This document shows positions 36,437 through 43,715 of a stretch of 64,000 bases of DNA, in pieces. The position numbers were made by a program, and so were the translations under genes. Source of the DNA: Alphaproteobacteria bacterium. GTDB lineage: Bacteria > Pseudomonadota > Alphaproteobacteria > RF32 > CAG-239. The stretch lies in contig JAFUXF010000004.1 of the NCBI GenBank assembly GCA_017477185.1, positions 53,132 through 117,131 of the forward strand. Reading direction: 5' to 3'. Numbering within the stretch: the first letter of the stretch is position 1; each line of letters starts with the position of its first letter. The notes below the pieces were generated by a model that was not told the DNA's origin, searched no databases, and worked only from the letters and a program-made list of their open reading frames with translations.

Positions 36437-37778
36437 TTTCTCCTCCTTGTCTTGTTTTTTTGTATTCTTCTGGCGTCAATCCCAATAAAAGGCTTATTTT
36501 TCCTTGTCTTTCAGCAAATTTATAAATTTGTTTACAAATCCACCGCTTTTCAACCGAACGACCGCAAAGGTTATTGATTAGATATTTTTCAACACCCCGG
36601 ATCAAAAATTTATCCGCTCGATGATATGCACTAAAAAATTCATCATCCAAATCAATCTTAAAATCATCAGTAATTAAAATTTCTGTTTCGTTTGGCTTAT
36701 GTGGGGCAGATAACAAATTGAAGTTCTTAGCCGCCGGAGCTGCCGCATTTGCTTTCCTTGCCGATTCCGGCCGCAGGCCGCCAACTGCATTACTGCCCGC
36801 GATAGCGGGATTATTATCCAACTGCCCGACTGCCGCAGATCCATCCTCCCGACTGCCGTCCCTCCGTTCCTCCTTACTGCCGCCGATTGCAGGGACGGCT
36901 GCAATCGGCACTGCCTTACTGCAAGACAAACCGCTTGTCTGGTTATTGCTTTTATCCACAGATGAGGATTTGTGGAAAACTTGTTTTTCCCCCATACCCC
37001 CTTTTCCTGAATCCAATAATTCCTTACTGTAAGTGTTTAAATAATAATTATTATTATATACGCGCGAGCAGAAATCTCCGCTATCGCTTTCCGGATAAGG
37101 CTTTGAGGTCGTTTTTGTAACGCTTTTTTCAAATTCTGCGCAGAAATCTCCGCTATCCTTTACCGGGCAAGGATTTGAAGCTGATTTTGTAACGCTTTTT
37201 TTATTACCCTCCGCAGAAATCTCCGCAATCTCTTGCCCGCTAAGGCGTGAACACTGTTTTTGTAACGCTTTTAAATTTTTCATTTTTTCACGATGTTTTT
37301 GAACGCGTTTTTTATCCTTTTTCCGGCGGTGGTTAATTTTGGCTTTACGTTTGGCCAAAGCTGCCGCATGAGCATTTATATGCTCATTTTCCGGCGTTTT
37401 GATATCATCTAAAGCGGTGGAATTTTCTTCTTGCTGCTGAATTTCATTTTCGGCATTTAATTCGGATATTGTCCGGCCAAAATAATCAGCATTAGCCATC
37501 CTCATTTGCTTAACCACAGAACGGAAAACGGCTCTTGCGTCCGGAGATAAGCCGGACACATCAAAGCCGTTATCGGTGCGGTGGATATCCCAATAATGCA
37601 CATAATTGCGGACGGCTCGAAAAACCTCGACGAATACTTCGGCCGGGTAATCTTCCAACGTATCAAAAAGCACATCGGGCGTTAAAATCAATTTTCTGTA
37701 AAATTCCGCCATAGCCCCATTCTTATGTGAAATTTTGTTAATAATAGCCTTTACAAACCCTTGAGGTGGTATAAGCAA
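36414..37778 (-). CDS. putative replication initiation protein (start uncertain: 37778 TTG or 37712 ATG)
   Basis: Lies in the early-left operon. The gene contains iteron-like repeats, a DnaA box and an AT-rich tract, as in lambda O. No helicase or primase motifs seen. Confidence 0.45.
   Translation of the reverse strand: MLIPPQGFVKAIINKISHKNGAMAEFYRKLILTPDVLFDTLEDYPAEVFVEVFRAVRNYVHYWDIHRTDNGFDVSGLSPDARAVFRSVVKQMRMANADYFGRTISELNAENEIQQQEENSTALDDIKTPENEHINAHAAALAKRKAKINHRRKKDKKRVQKHREKMKNLKALQKQCSRLSGQEIAEISAEGNKKSVTKSASNPCPVKDSGDFCAEFEKSVTKTTSKPYPESDSGDFCSRVYNNNYYLNTYSKELLDSGKGGMGEKQVFHKSSSVDKSNNQTSGLSCSKAVPIAAVPAIGGSKEERRDGSREDGSAAVGQLDNNPAIAGSNAVGGLRPESARKANAAAPAAKNFNLLSAPHKPNETEILITDDFKIDLDDEFFSAYHRADKFLIRGVEKYLINNLCGRSVEKRWICKQIYKFAERQGKISLLLGLTPEEYKKTRQGGENAENQNC
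36952..36960 (+). promoter_or_regulatory. consensus DnaA box TTATCCACA
   Basis: Exact 9-mer lying between the ACTGCC repeat patch and the AT-rich tract at 37031-37060. Confidence 0.3.
37068..37275. repeat. three tandem 72-73-bp repeats (iteron candidates)
   Basis: Units start at 37068, 37140 and 37213. Each carries gcagaaatctccgc(t/a)atc and ttttgtaacgctttt. Confidence 0.8.
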
Positions 37779-37826
37779 AACGCCGATAACACCCCAAGGA
37801 ACAATAATTAAGCAGATAAAAAGAAT

Positions 37827-38366
37827 TTAATCGTCCTCATCTTCTGAATCGTCAACTTCCTCAAATTCGGCATCTGTAATATCGCTATGATGAGCAGGCA
37901 ACAAAGCGACCTGCTCCGGAATACCTTTGCCGTCTGCTTCTTGATATTCCTCATTGCAATTTTCAAACATTTCGCGTTGATCCGGATCTGCTTTGAGCTT
38001 ATCTTCCCCACCGCTGAATTCATCATCTCCGTTAGTAACAATTAAAATCGGCCGACCTTGAACTGAAATCAATTCATCAGCGGAAGCCGTATTTGCTTTA
38101 ATTTCAGCTTTTAGGCCGTTGTTAATGGTAATCTTACCTAGTTCGGCTTGGACAACTTTTCGCCCACCGGAAGCGACAATATTAACAGCCTTATGGACCA
38201 ATTCTTTAGCAGCAGATCTCGCTTGCTCGATTTGCTCTGTTTGCTCGGCCTCGCTCATTTCTTGGTAAGTCTTTGGAAATTGCCGCAATCTATCAATCAA
38301 AAAAGCAGCAATATCACCGGTTAATGTTTCTTTGGCTAAATTAGCCCCATATTCGTTATTGTTCAT
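37827..38366 (-). CDS. hypothetical acidic early protein
   Basis: 179 aa. The C-terminus reads DITDAEFEEVDDSEDEDD. Confidence 0.5.
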   Translation of the reverse strand: MNNNEYGANLAKETLTGDIAAFLIDRLRQFPKTYQEMSEAEQTEQIEQARSAAKELVHKAVNIVASGGRKVVQAELGKITINNGLKAEIKANTASADELISVQGRPILIVTNGDDEFSGGEDKLKADPDQREMFENCNEEYQEADGKGIPEQVALLPAHHSDITDAEFEEVDDSEDEDD

Positions 38367-38749
38367 TTTTTCTCCTTTTCGTTGGTTGTTAAGAAATAAT
38401 CATTTTCAGATCTGATATGGCGATGTTCGCCATTGATTTTTACAAAAGTCCGTTGTTCATTGATATCCATTTTAATATCAACCGCTTTTTCAAAATCGCT
38501 GTCTTTATCTTTCATAAAGGCCCATTGAAATAGCAAACAGACAACTTTTGCAGCAGGATTGCCAAACCGATAGGCTAAAATGACCTGAGTAATATAAAAA
38601 TCGGCCAATTCTTCCAATTGATCCGGCATACTTGAGGCTTCCAAATATTCTAAAGCCTCTAAATCAGATTTTCGCCGCTGTTCCCAAGCTGTTAAATTTT
38701 TGAGTTTTCTTTGCGACCAATTAACAATTTTCTTTATATCCCATCTCAT
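38363..38749 (-). CDS. possible MazG-like nucleotide pyrophosphohydrolase
   Basis: EALEYLEASSMPDQLEELADFYITQVILAY resembles the MazG E..E...E..D helix pair. Start at MRWDIKK, with GGAGA 9 nt upstream. Confidence 0.3.
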   Translation of the reverse strand: MRWDIKKIVNWSQRKLKNLTAWEQRRKSDLEALEYLEASSMPDQLEELADFYITQVILAYRFGNPAAKVVCLLFQWAFMKDKDSDFEKAVDIKMDINEQRTFVKINGEHRHIRSENDYFLTTNEKEKK

Positions 38750-38822
38750 TTTTTTCATTCTCCGAAAATAAGCCACCAAGTGACATAACAAGTTATAAAA
38801 GCCGCGACCATCGTTCCGCTTG

Positions 38823-39029
38823 TCATGCTCCGGCCTCCGGTGATGGATTAATAAAACTATCTAGATTTATGTTTTTTTCTTTTGCTATATGGCGAATATT
38901 ATCAATTCTCCAACTAGGAATGTTTTTAGATTTATCCCAACCCTGAATCGTTGACACAGGCACAGAAATATCTCTACTCATTTGAGTTAGTCCGCCAAAG
39001 GCCTGAATTAGTTGACTTACATTTTGCAT
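38823..39029 (-). CDS. cro: Cro/YdaS-type HTH regulator
   Basis: 68 aa. Contains FGGLTQMSRDISVPVSTIQGWDKSKNIPSWR. Divergent from the cI-like gene. Confidence 0.7.
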   Translation of the reverse strand: MQNVSQLIQAFGGLTQMSRDISVPVSTIQGWDKSKNIPSWRIDNIRHIAKEKNINLDSFINPSPEAGA

Positions 39030-39045
39030 ATTTATCTCCTTAAAA

Positions 39046-39130
39046 ATTATGAAAATCGTAATATTTCAATAAAAAGATGTCAAGCATAAAATTACGAATT
39101 TCGTAATTTACTTTTTACGATTTTCGTAAT
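39046..39130. promoter_or_regulatory. tripartite operator in the cro/cI intergenic region
   Basis: 17-bp palindromes at 39046-39062 (attatgaaaatcgtaat), 39091-39107 (attacgaatttcgtaat) and 39114-39130 (tttacgattttcgtaat). A minus-strand TTGACA at 39084-39079 has its -10 inside the first operator. Confidence 0.75.
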
Positions 39131-39157
39131 ACACTAAAGAAAACAAAGGGCTTGACA

Positions 39158-39829
39158 ATGTACGAATTTATCAAAACACGATTAAAAGACATGGGGAAAA
39201 CCCAAAAGCAACTTGCTGAGGCAATTCATATTCAAACGCCTCATTTAAGTGCTATTTTTAAGGGAATTCGCCGTATTCAAGCAAGCGAAATTGCACCAAT
39301 TGCTCGTTTTCTCAATATCAATACAGAAGAATTTGCTCGCTATATCGCAGGAGAAAATAAAACAAAAGAACTATTGCCATTAGATATCAATACGATTTAT
39401 AGAGTTGGCTATGTCCAAGCAGGGAAATTTAATGAAGCGTGTCAATTACCGGAGGCAGAATGGGAAGCAATCCCTTATCCTGTCAATGATAATTACAAAA
39501 AATGTCATTTATTCGCTCTTGGCGTTCTCGGCGACAGCATGAATTTAATCTTTCCGCCTGAGAAAACGACTTTAATTTGTTGCCCTTATGCTGAATGGGT
39601 GGAATCTAACCCGGATCAGGACATTGAGGGTAAATATATAATTGCGTATCGTAAAAATGCAGATGGCTTATGCGAGGCCACTGTTAAGAAATACGCTAAA
39701 ATAGATGATAACACGATAATTCTTGTCGCAGAATCCTCAAATCCGGAAATCAAGCCTATTGTTATTCATCCGGATAATAATGAATATGACATCGCCGCCG
39801 TTGTTATTGGCGATATGCGGACATATTGA
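39158..39829 (+). CDS. cI: CI-like repressor (XRE HTH plus S24 LexA-type peptidase domain)
   Basis: KTQKQLAEAIHIQTPHLSAIFKG forms the HTH. The C-terminal domain has LGDSMN...KKY, the Ser/Lys dyad context. Confidence 0.85.
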   Translation: MYEFIKTRLKDMGKTQKQLAEAIHIQTPHLSAIFKGIRRIQASEIAPIARFLNINTEEFARYIAGENKTKELLPLDINTIYRVGYVQAGKFNEACQLPEAEWEAIPYPVNDNYKKCHLFALGVLGDSMNLIFPPEKTTLICCPYAEWVESNPDQDIEGKYIIAYRKNADGLCEATVKKYAKIDDNTIILVAESSNPEIKPIVIHPDNNEYDIAAVVIGDMRTY

Positions 39830-39841
39830 AAGGACACAAAA

Positions 39842-40609
39842 ATGAATAAAAAACTTATAATTACTTTTCTCTTTTTTTCTCTATGTGCCTGTCAAATCCC
39901 TACTTATCGCTATACTTCTCGTAACACAGGAGCAACATTAAAAGATAAAACCGTTGTAATATTTGAAAATGGAGGAAGTATTACAAACGCAAAATTAGTT
40001 GCAACTCTTCATAATATCTTAATAAACAATGGTATGAAATCCATTCCTATGGAGGAAGCTCTTGATAAAATCAGTAAGAAAAAAGTAAAAAAATATGATT
40101 ATATCGCCACTATTGATATTGTAAAAAATGTTTATCAAACATCACAAACAATTCCTATTTATGGAAAAACAGGAATCAACTCTATAAATACAACATCAAA
40201 TGGACAAGCATATACCAACATATCTGGAGATTATAATTCAAATAAAAATTATAATTATGGCGGCTATACTAAAACAGGCTCATTTAATGGTTATGCCAAT
40301 ACAAATTATTATGGCAATTCAACAACGAAAATAAATTATGATTATGGAATAACAGGATACCAAAATAGAATTGTAAATAATTTTTTAAGCTGTGTTTATG
40401 TTAGCATTCGAAAATTTGATTATACGACAAAATTTAACAATCTTCCTGTTGTTCACGAAAGTAGAATATGTGTTGATGACTATAGTAATGATGATGAGTT
40501 TATTAGCTATATTCAAGATATTTATAATCAAAATGTCCTTTCTATTGATACTTCTCTAGATTATACTTGTCAACATAATGGATTAACAGGAAGCTGCCAA
40601 CAAAACTAA
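39842..40609 (+). CDS. prophage lipoprotein, N/Y/T-rich (candidate superinfection-exclusion factor)
   Basis: Begins MNKKLIITFLFFSLCAC, a lipobox-like signal. Starts 12 nt after the cI stop. Confidence 0.6.
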   Translation: MNKKLIITFLFFSLCACQIPTYRYTSRNTGATLKDKTVVIFENGGSITNAKLVATLHNILINNGMKSIPMEEALDKISKKKVKKYDYIATIDIVKNVYQTSQTIPIYGKTGINSINTTSNGQAYTNISGDYNSNKNYNYGGYTKTGSFNGYANTNYYGNSTTKINYDYGITGYQNRIVNNFLSCVYVSIRKFDYTTKFNNLPVVHESRICVDDYSNDDEFISYIQDIYNQNVLSIDTSLDYTCQHNGLTGSCQQN

Positions 40610-40622
40610 GAAAGATACATAA

Positions 40623-41033
40623 ATGCTGCATTATTATCCAAATAGAGGAGAGGTTTTATTATGTGACTATCGCGGCTTCAAAGAACCGGAAATGGTAAAA
40701 GTTCGTCCGGTAATAGTTATATCTCCACGCTTTCGTTCTCGTCCTCGATTATGTACTGTTGTTCCTTTAAGTACAACCGCACCGGATCCGGTAGAATCCT
40801 TTCATATGACAATTTCATTTCCTCGTTTATTGCCAGAACCTTTTAATGCCCCATTCCATTGGATAAAAGCAGATATGATTAATACTGTATCAATGGACAG
40901 ATTATCTCTTATTCGCTGTGGACGTTTACCTAACGGACAAAGAAAATATTATCAAGAAAAGGCTACACCGGAGCAATTAGCTGAATTAGAATCTAAAATT
41001 CAGATCGCACTAGGAATAAAACAAAGGGGCTAA
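40623..41033 (+). CDS. PemK/MazF-fold (YifN-like) protein with no adjacent antitoxin
   Basis: PNRGEVLLCDYRGFKEPEMVKVRPVIVISPR...CTVVPLSTT matches the PemK N-terminal SH3-like pattern. Confidence 0.55.
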   Translation: MLHYYPNRGEVLLCDYRGFKEPEMVKVRPVIVISPRFRSRPRLCTVVPLSTTAPDPVESFHMTISFPRLLPEPFNAPFHWIKADMINTVSMDRLSLIRCGRLPNGQRKYYQEKATPEQLAELESKIQIALGIKQRG

Positions 41034-41259
41034 AAATAGCCCCTTAACAACACCATGTACCAATTGGTATCTCCGTACATGGCGACCTTCGACCGATGTC
41101 GAGGTTTTAAAAGCCCGATGCTAAAAGCAGAGCGGGAACAGTTCAAAATCTTACATACCTATGTGTCATATATATCATATTTTTTATTAACAGTCAATTA
41201 ATAAAAAGCACATATCCATAACAAACTTTCACTCCGCTTCATTTAGCTTCATTTTATCC

Positions 41260-41285
41260 ACCGCTGCAAAGCGGTATTTTTTTTG
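41260..41285 (+). terminator. Rho-independent terminator ending the cI-side transcript
   Basis: Stem accgct/agcggt followed by aTTTTTTTT. Confidence 0.65.
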
Positions 41286-41423
41286 CCTTGATTTTCCTTA
41301 ATATTTCATTTTTTACAAACTGCACTGTATAAAAATTATTTAATAAAAAATATTGACAAATATTCATAAAATATTTACATATTCCTCCTAATATGGTATT
41401 ATACCATTAGAGGAGATGATAAA

Positions 41424-41975
41424 TTGCCAAATATTGCTTTCAAAGTAAATCCAGACAAAGCACTTGAAGCGATTGTTTATATTGCTCATAAATTAGGTTG
41501 TGTGGATAAATACCACGTCGTTAAAACCATGTTTTTTGCTGATAAAGAGCATTTGAATAGATATGCCAGACCTATTTTAGGTGATACATATATCAGGATG
41601 AGAAATGGTCCGGTTCCATCATATGTTCTTGACATAATCAATCTGAAAGAAGATAAGATAAGTTTTGATGTTTTTGTGAAAGCAAAAGCGGCTCTAGAGG
41701 TCGGTTCGGATAAAAAACAGACAATAACAGCTAGACGAGAGCCAGATTTGAGCTTTTTTTCCGATACAGATTTAGAATGCTTGGATAATGCAATTAAGTT
41801 TTGCAAAGATAAAAATTTTGATGATTTAAAAGAAATTACACACGAAGAAAAAGCATGGAAAAAAGCTTCTATTAACGGTTGTATGGATTATGAATTGTTT
41901 TTAGATGATGATAATCCTTACAAAGAAGAAATTATTCAGGATTTAAAAGAAGATAGTTTGTGGATGGCTTTCTAA
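41424..41975 (+). CDS. SocA/Panacea (DUF4065) domain antitoxin-like protein
   Basis: KYHVVKTMFFADKEHLNRYARPILGDTYIRMRNGPVPSYV and SDTDLECLDNAI...ITHEEKAWKKA. TTG start with a GAGGAG RBS. Confidence 0.7.
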   Translation: MPNIAFKVNPDKALEAIVYIAHKLGCVDKYHVVKTMFFADKEHLNRYARPILGDTYIRMRNGPVPSYVLDIINLKEDKISFDVFVKAKAALEVGSDKKQTITARREPDLSFFSDTDLECLDNAIKFCKDKNFDDLKEITHEEKAWKKASINGCMDYELFLDDDNPYKEEIIQDLKEDSLWMAF

Positions 41976-41976
41976 A

Positions 41977-42348
41977 ATGGCTTTTAAGACCGGATATTTA
42001 TACTTTATCAACCCTTGCCAGGCCTCTGTTCCGCCTAAGCCTAAGTTAGCGGTTTGTATGTCAGCAACACATAGCTTATTTTATTTAATCAATTCGTGTG
42101 ACAAGGTGCGTCCATACCAACACGAAAAAGGGCATATTGTTATACTGGAACAACACTTATTGGTTGCTTTAGTGCATGATTCCTACATCAATGTTGCTAA
42201 ACCAAGGATTATTGAGAGCGGTGAATATTCACACTCAACAGAGCGAGAAAAAATACCCAATAACGTTTTATTAAAAATAAAAAAACAGGCTTTAAGTGAT
42301 AGAAAATTGCAAAGCATATATAAAAATATTATCAATAATCCTGATTAA
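41977..42348 (+). CDS. unassigned 123-aa protein, candidate cognate toxin
   Basis: Starts 1 nt after the stop of the Panacea-domain gene. There is a weak PemK-like pattern (GYLYFINP...KPKLAVCMS...DSYINVAKPRII). Confidence 0.45.
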   Translation: MAFKTGYLYFINPCQASVPPKPKLAVCMSATHSLFYLINSCDKVRPYQHEKGHIVILEQHLLVALVHDSYINVAKPRIIESGEYSHSTEREKIPNNVLLKIKKQALSDRKLQSIYKNIINNPD

Positions 42349-42640
42349 TTAAACTTACCTCATTATCATTAACTGACTTTATCTTTTGTAGTAAATGAAA
42401 AATTACCTGCCTCTTTTGATTTTTTGGAAGTTACAGATCAGCTTTTTTTCTTCTTCTAACAGGTTAGAAAAATCCTCATAAACAATATTTATTCGGTTGT
42501 TCTCTATATTGTAACCATTTCCAATTTTTTTAAATTTGCACATATAAAATAATTTATTCACACAGTTTCACATCATTTCACTTTATCCACCGCTTTTAAG
42601 ACCGTATTTTTTTTGATTTTCCCAAATTGCATAAAATTAA

Positions 42641-42714
42641 ATTACGATTTTCGTAATTTTTTTCTTGACATTAAATTATGATAAACGTAATAATTAAATT
42701 ACGATTTTCGTAAT
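42641..42714. promoter_or_regulatory. second tripartite operator overlapping the rightward early promoter
   Basis: Operators at 42641-42657, 42675-42691 and 42698-42714 share the palindrome of the cro/cI set. TTGACA at 42665-42670, a 17-nt spacer, then TAATAA at 42688-42693. Confidence 0.75.
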
Positions 42715-42736
42715 TTTTATTCAAAGGGGATGACAA

Positions 42737-42886
42737 ATGAAAGAACACGATATTTTTAATTCACACGAACAAATTTCAAAAATTGACGCATGGATAGAAC
42801 GCGCTGACAGAATTACTGAGTTTGTCGGCACTATGCTTATAACATCAATGATCATTCTTCTAATTTGGCAATATCTCATTCGCTAG
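42737..42886 (+). CDS. small early protein with a C-terminal TM helix (49 aa)
   Basis: AGGGGA RBS 6 nt upstream of the ATG. Below the length cut-off of the ORF track. Translated by hand as MKEHDIFNSHEQ...LITSMIILLIWQYLIR. Confidence 0.45.
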   Translation: MKEHDIFNSHEQISKIDAWIERADRITEFVGTMLITSMIILLIWQYLIR

Positions 42887-42894
42887 GAATGCTC

Positions 42895-43416
42895 ATGCAA
42901 ACCGGATTATATATCTATACAGATAAAACAGCTTCCCACCGCTTTAATGCAAATAAAAAATTGCTTGGAATATTCTGTCGGATAACAGAAATAAAATCCA
43001 TTGTCATTAAGCCGATAGAAACTCCGAGAAAATTAAAATGGGAAGAAGCACAAGCCTTTTGTGCAATGTTTGACTGCAAAGCACCAACCCGGCGGGAATT
43101 ATGCGGAATTTGGCTTAATAAGCAAGCAATCAACAAAAAATTAACCACCGCCGGACTTCCGGAAATTAAAGACGAATTTTATTGGGCGGCTGATACTTCA
43201 TCCGAGAAATTATCTTATGGCCTAAATATGGCCAACGGTATCGCCGGAGAAATAAACGCAAGGGGACGTTGCCTCATTATCCCGATAATTCCCTTGTTTA
43301 CTCCACCACATAGCAACGAGAGGTATAAAATGGATACAAATTCAAAAGCCTTAGAAAATCTCGCCGTTATTCGCCAAATTTTGGAACAATCCAAGATGAA
43401 TCCGAATTTTGAGTAA
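42895..43416 (+). CDS. DUF1566 (Lcl C-terminal-like) domain protein
   Basis: KLKWEEAQAFCAMFDCKAPTRRELCGIW...EFYWAADTSS. Confidence 0.45.
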   Translation: MQTGLYIYTDKTASHRFNANKKLLGIFCRITEIKSIVIKPIETPRKLKWEEAQAFCAMFDCKAPTRRELCGIWLNKQAINKKLTTAGLPEIKDEFYWAADTSSEKLSYGLNMANGIAGEINARGRCLIIPIIPLFTPPHSNERYKMDTNSKALENLAVIRQILEQSKMNPNFE

Positions 43417-43476
43417 ATTGATCTCATTTATAAAAAAACTGAAATCTCAAACGATAACCAACAATAAGGAGAGAAA

Positions 43477-43710
43477 ATGCCAACAAATAAATGGAATAAA
43501 TATCCTGATAGTAAGCCGGCAGACGCGGCAAAATATCAAGAGTTTCTTATTGCATTTAAGAATCCTCGGCTTTATTCGAGCAAATTCGCCAATTTGAACC
43601 GCAATATGCCAAAATACATATTTGATTTAGACACTTGGTTAGGCGATAAATTCGCAACTCGTGACGATAAAATATGTTTATGGACGGCATTTTCTCGACC
43701 GGAGGAATAA
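43477..43710 (+). CDS. DUF551-like phage protein
   Basis: NKWNKYPDSKP...LWTAFSRPEE resembles the DUF551 N- and C-terminal pattern. Confidence 0.4.
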   Translation: MPTNKWNKYPDSKPADAAKYQEFLIAFKNPRLYSSKFANLNRNMPKYIFDLDTWLGDKFATRDDKICLWTAFSRPEE

Positions 43711-43715
43711 AGAAA

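Noticed and set aside
36674-37120. Track ORFs 36718-37032 (+), 36887-37120 (+) and 36674-36904 (-) overlapping the replication gene
   Set aside because: The first two lie on the opposite strand and the third in an alternative minus-strand frame of the replication gene. All are opened by the local GC-rich composition. None has an RBS, and the long minus-strand frame is continuous with the flanking coding sequence.
37068-37275. Tandem 72-bp repeats considered as a CRISPR array
   Set aside because: There are only three units, with no unique spacers of regular length between short repeats. They lie inside a continuous ORF and no cas genes are nearby.
41056-41202. 48-aa ORF (MYQLVSPYMATFDRCRGF...) in the GC-rich spacer
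   Set aside because: It has no Shine-Dalgarno sequence, and its start lies inside a stable hairpin. It is retained only as an alternative explanation in the structured-RNA finding.
41254-41262. TTATCCACC near-consensus DnaA boxes at 41254 and 42583, and TGTGGATAA at 41501, considered as an origin
   Set aside because: The first two are part of the repeated terminator-like sequence flanking the Panacea cassette. The third is inside a coding sequence. None has an adjacent AT-rich unwinding tract or iteron context, unlike the box at 36952.
42403-42543. 46-aa minus-strand ORF (MCKFKKIGNGYNIENN...) between the 123-aa gene and the second operator cluster
   Set aside because: It has no RBS and an AT-rich context, and it would be transcribed towards the toxin-antitoxin-like cassette. 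It is probably fortuitous.
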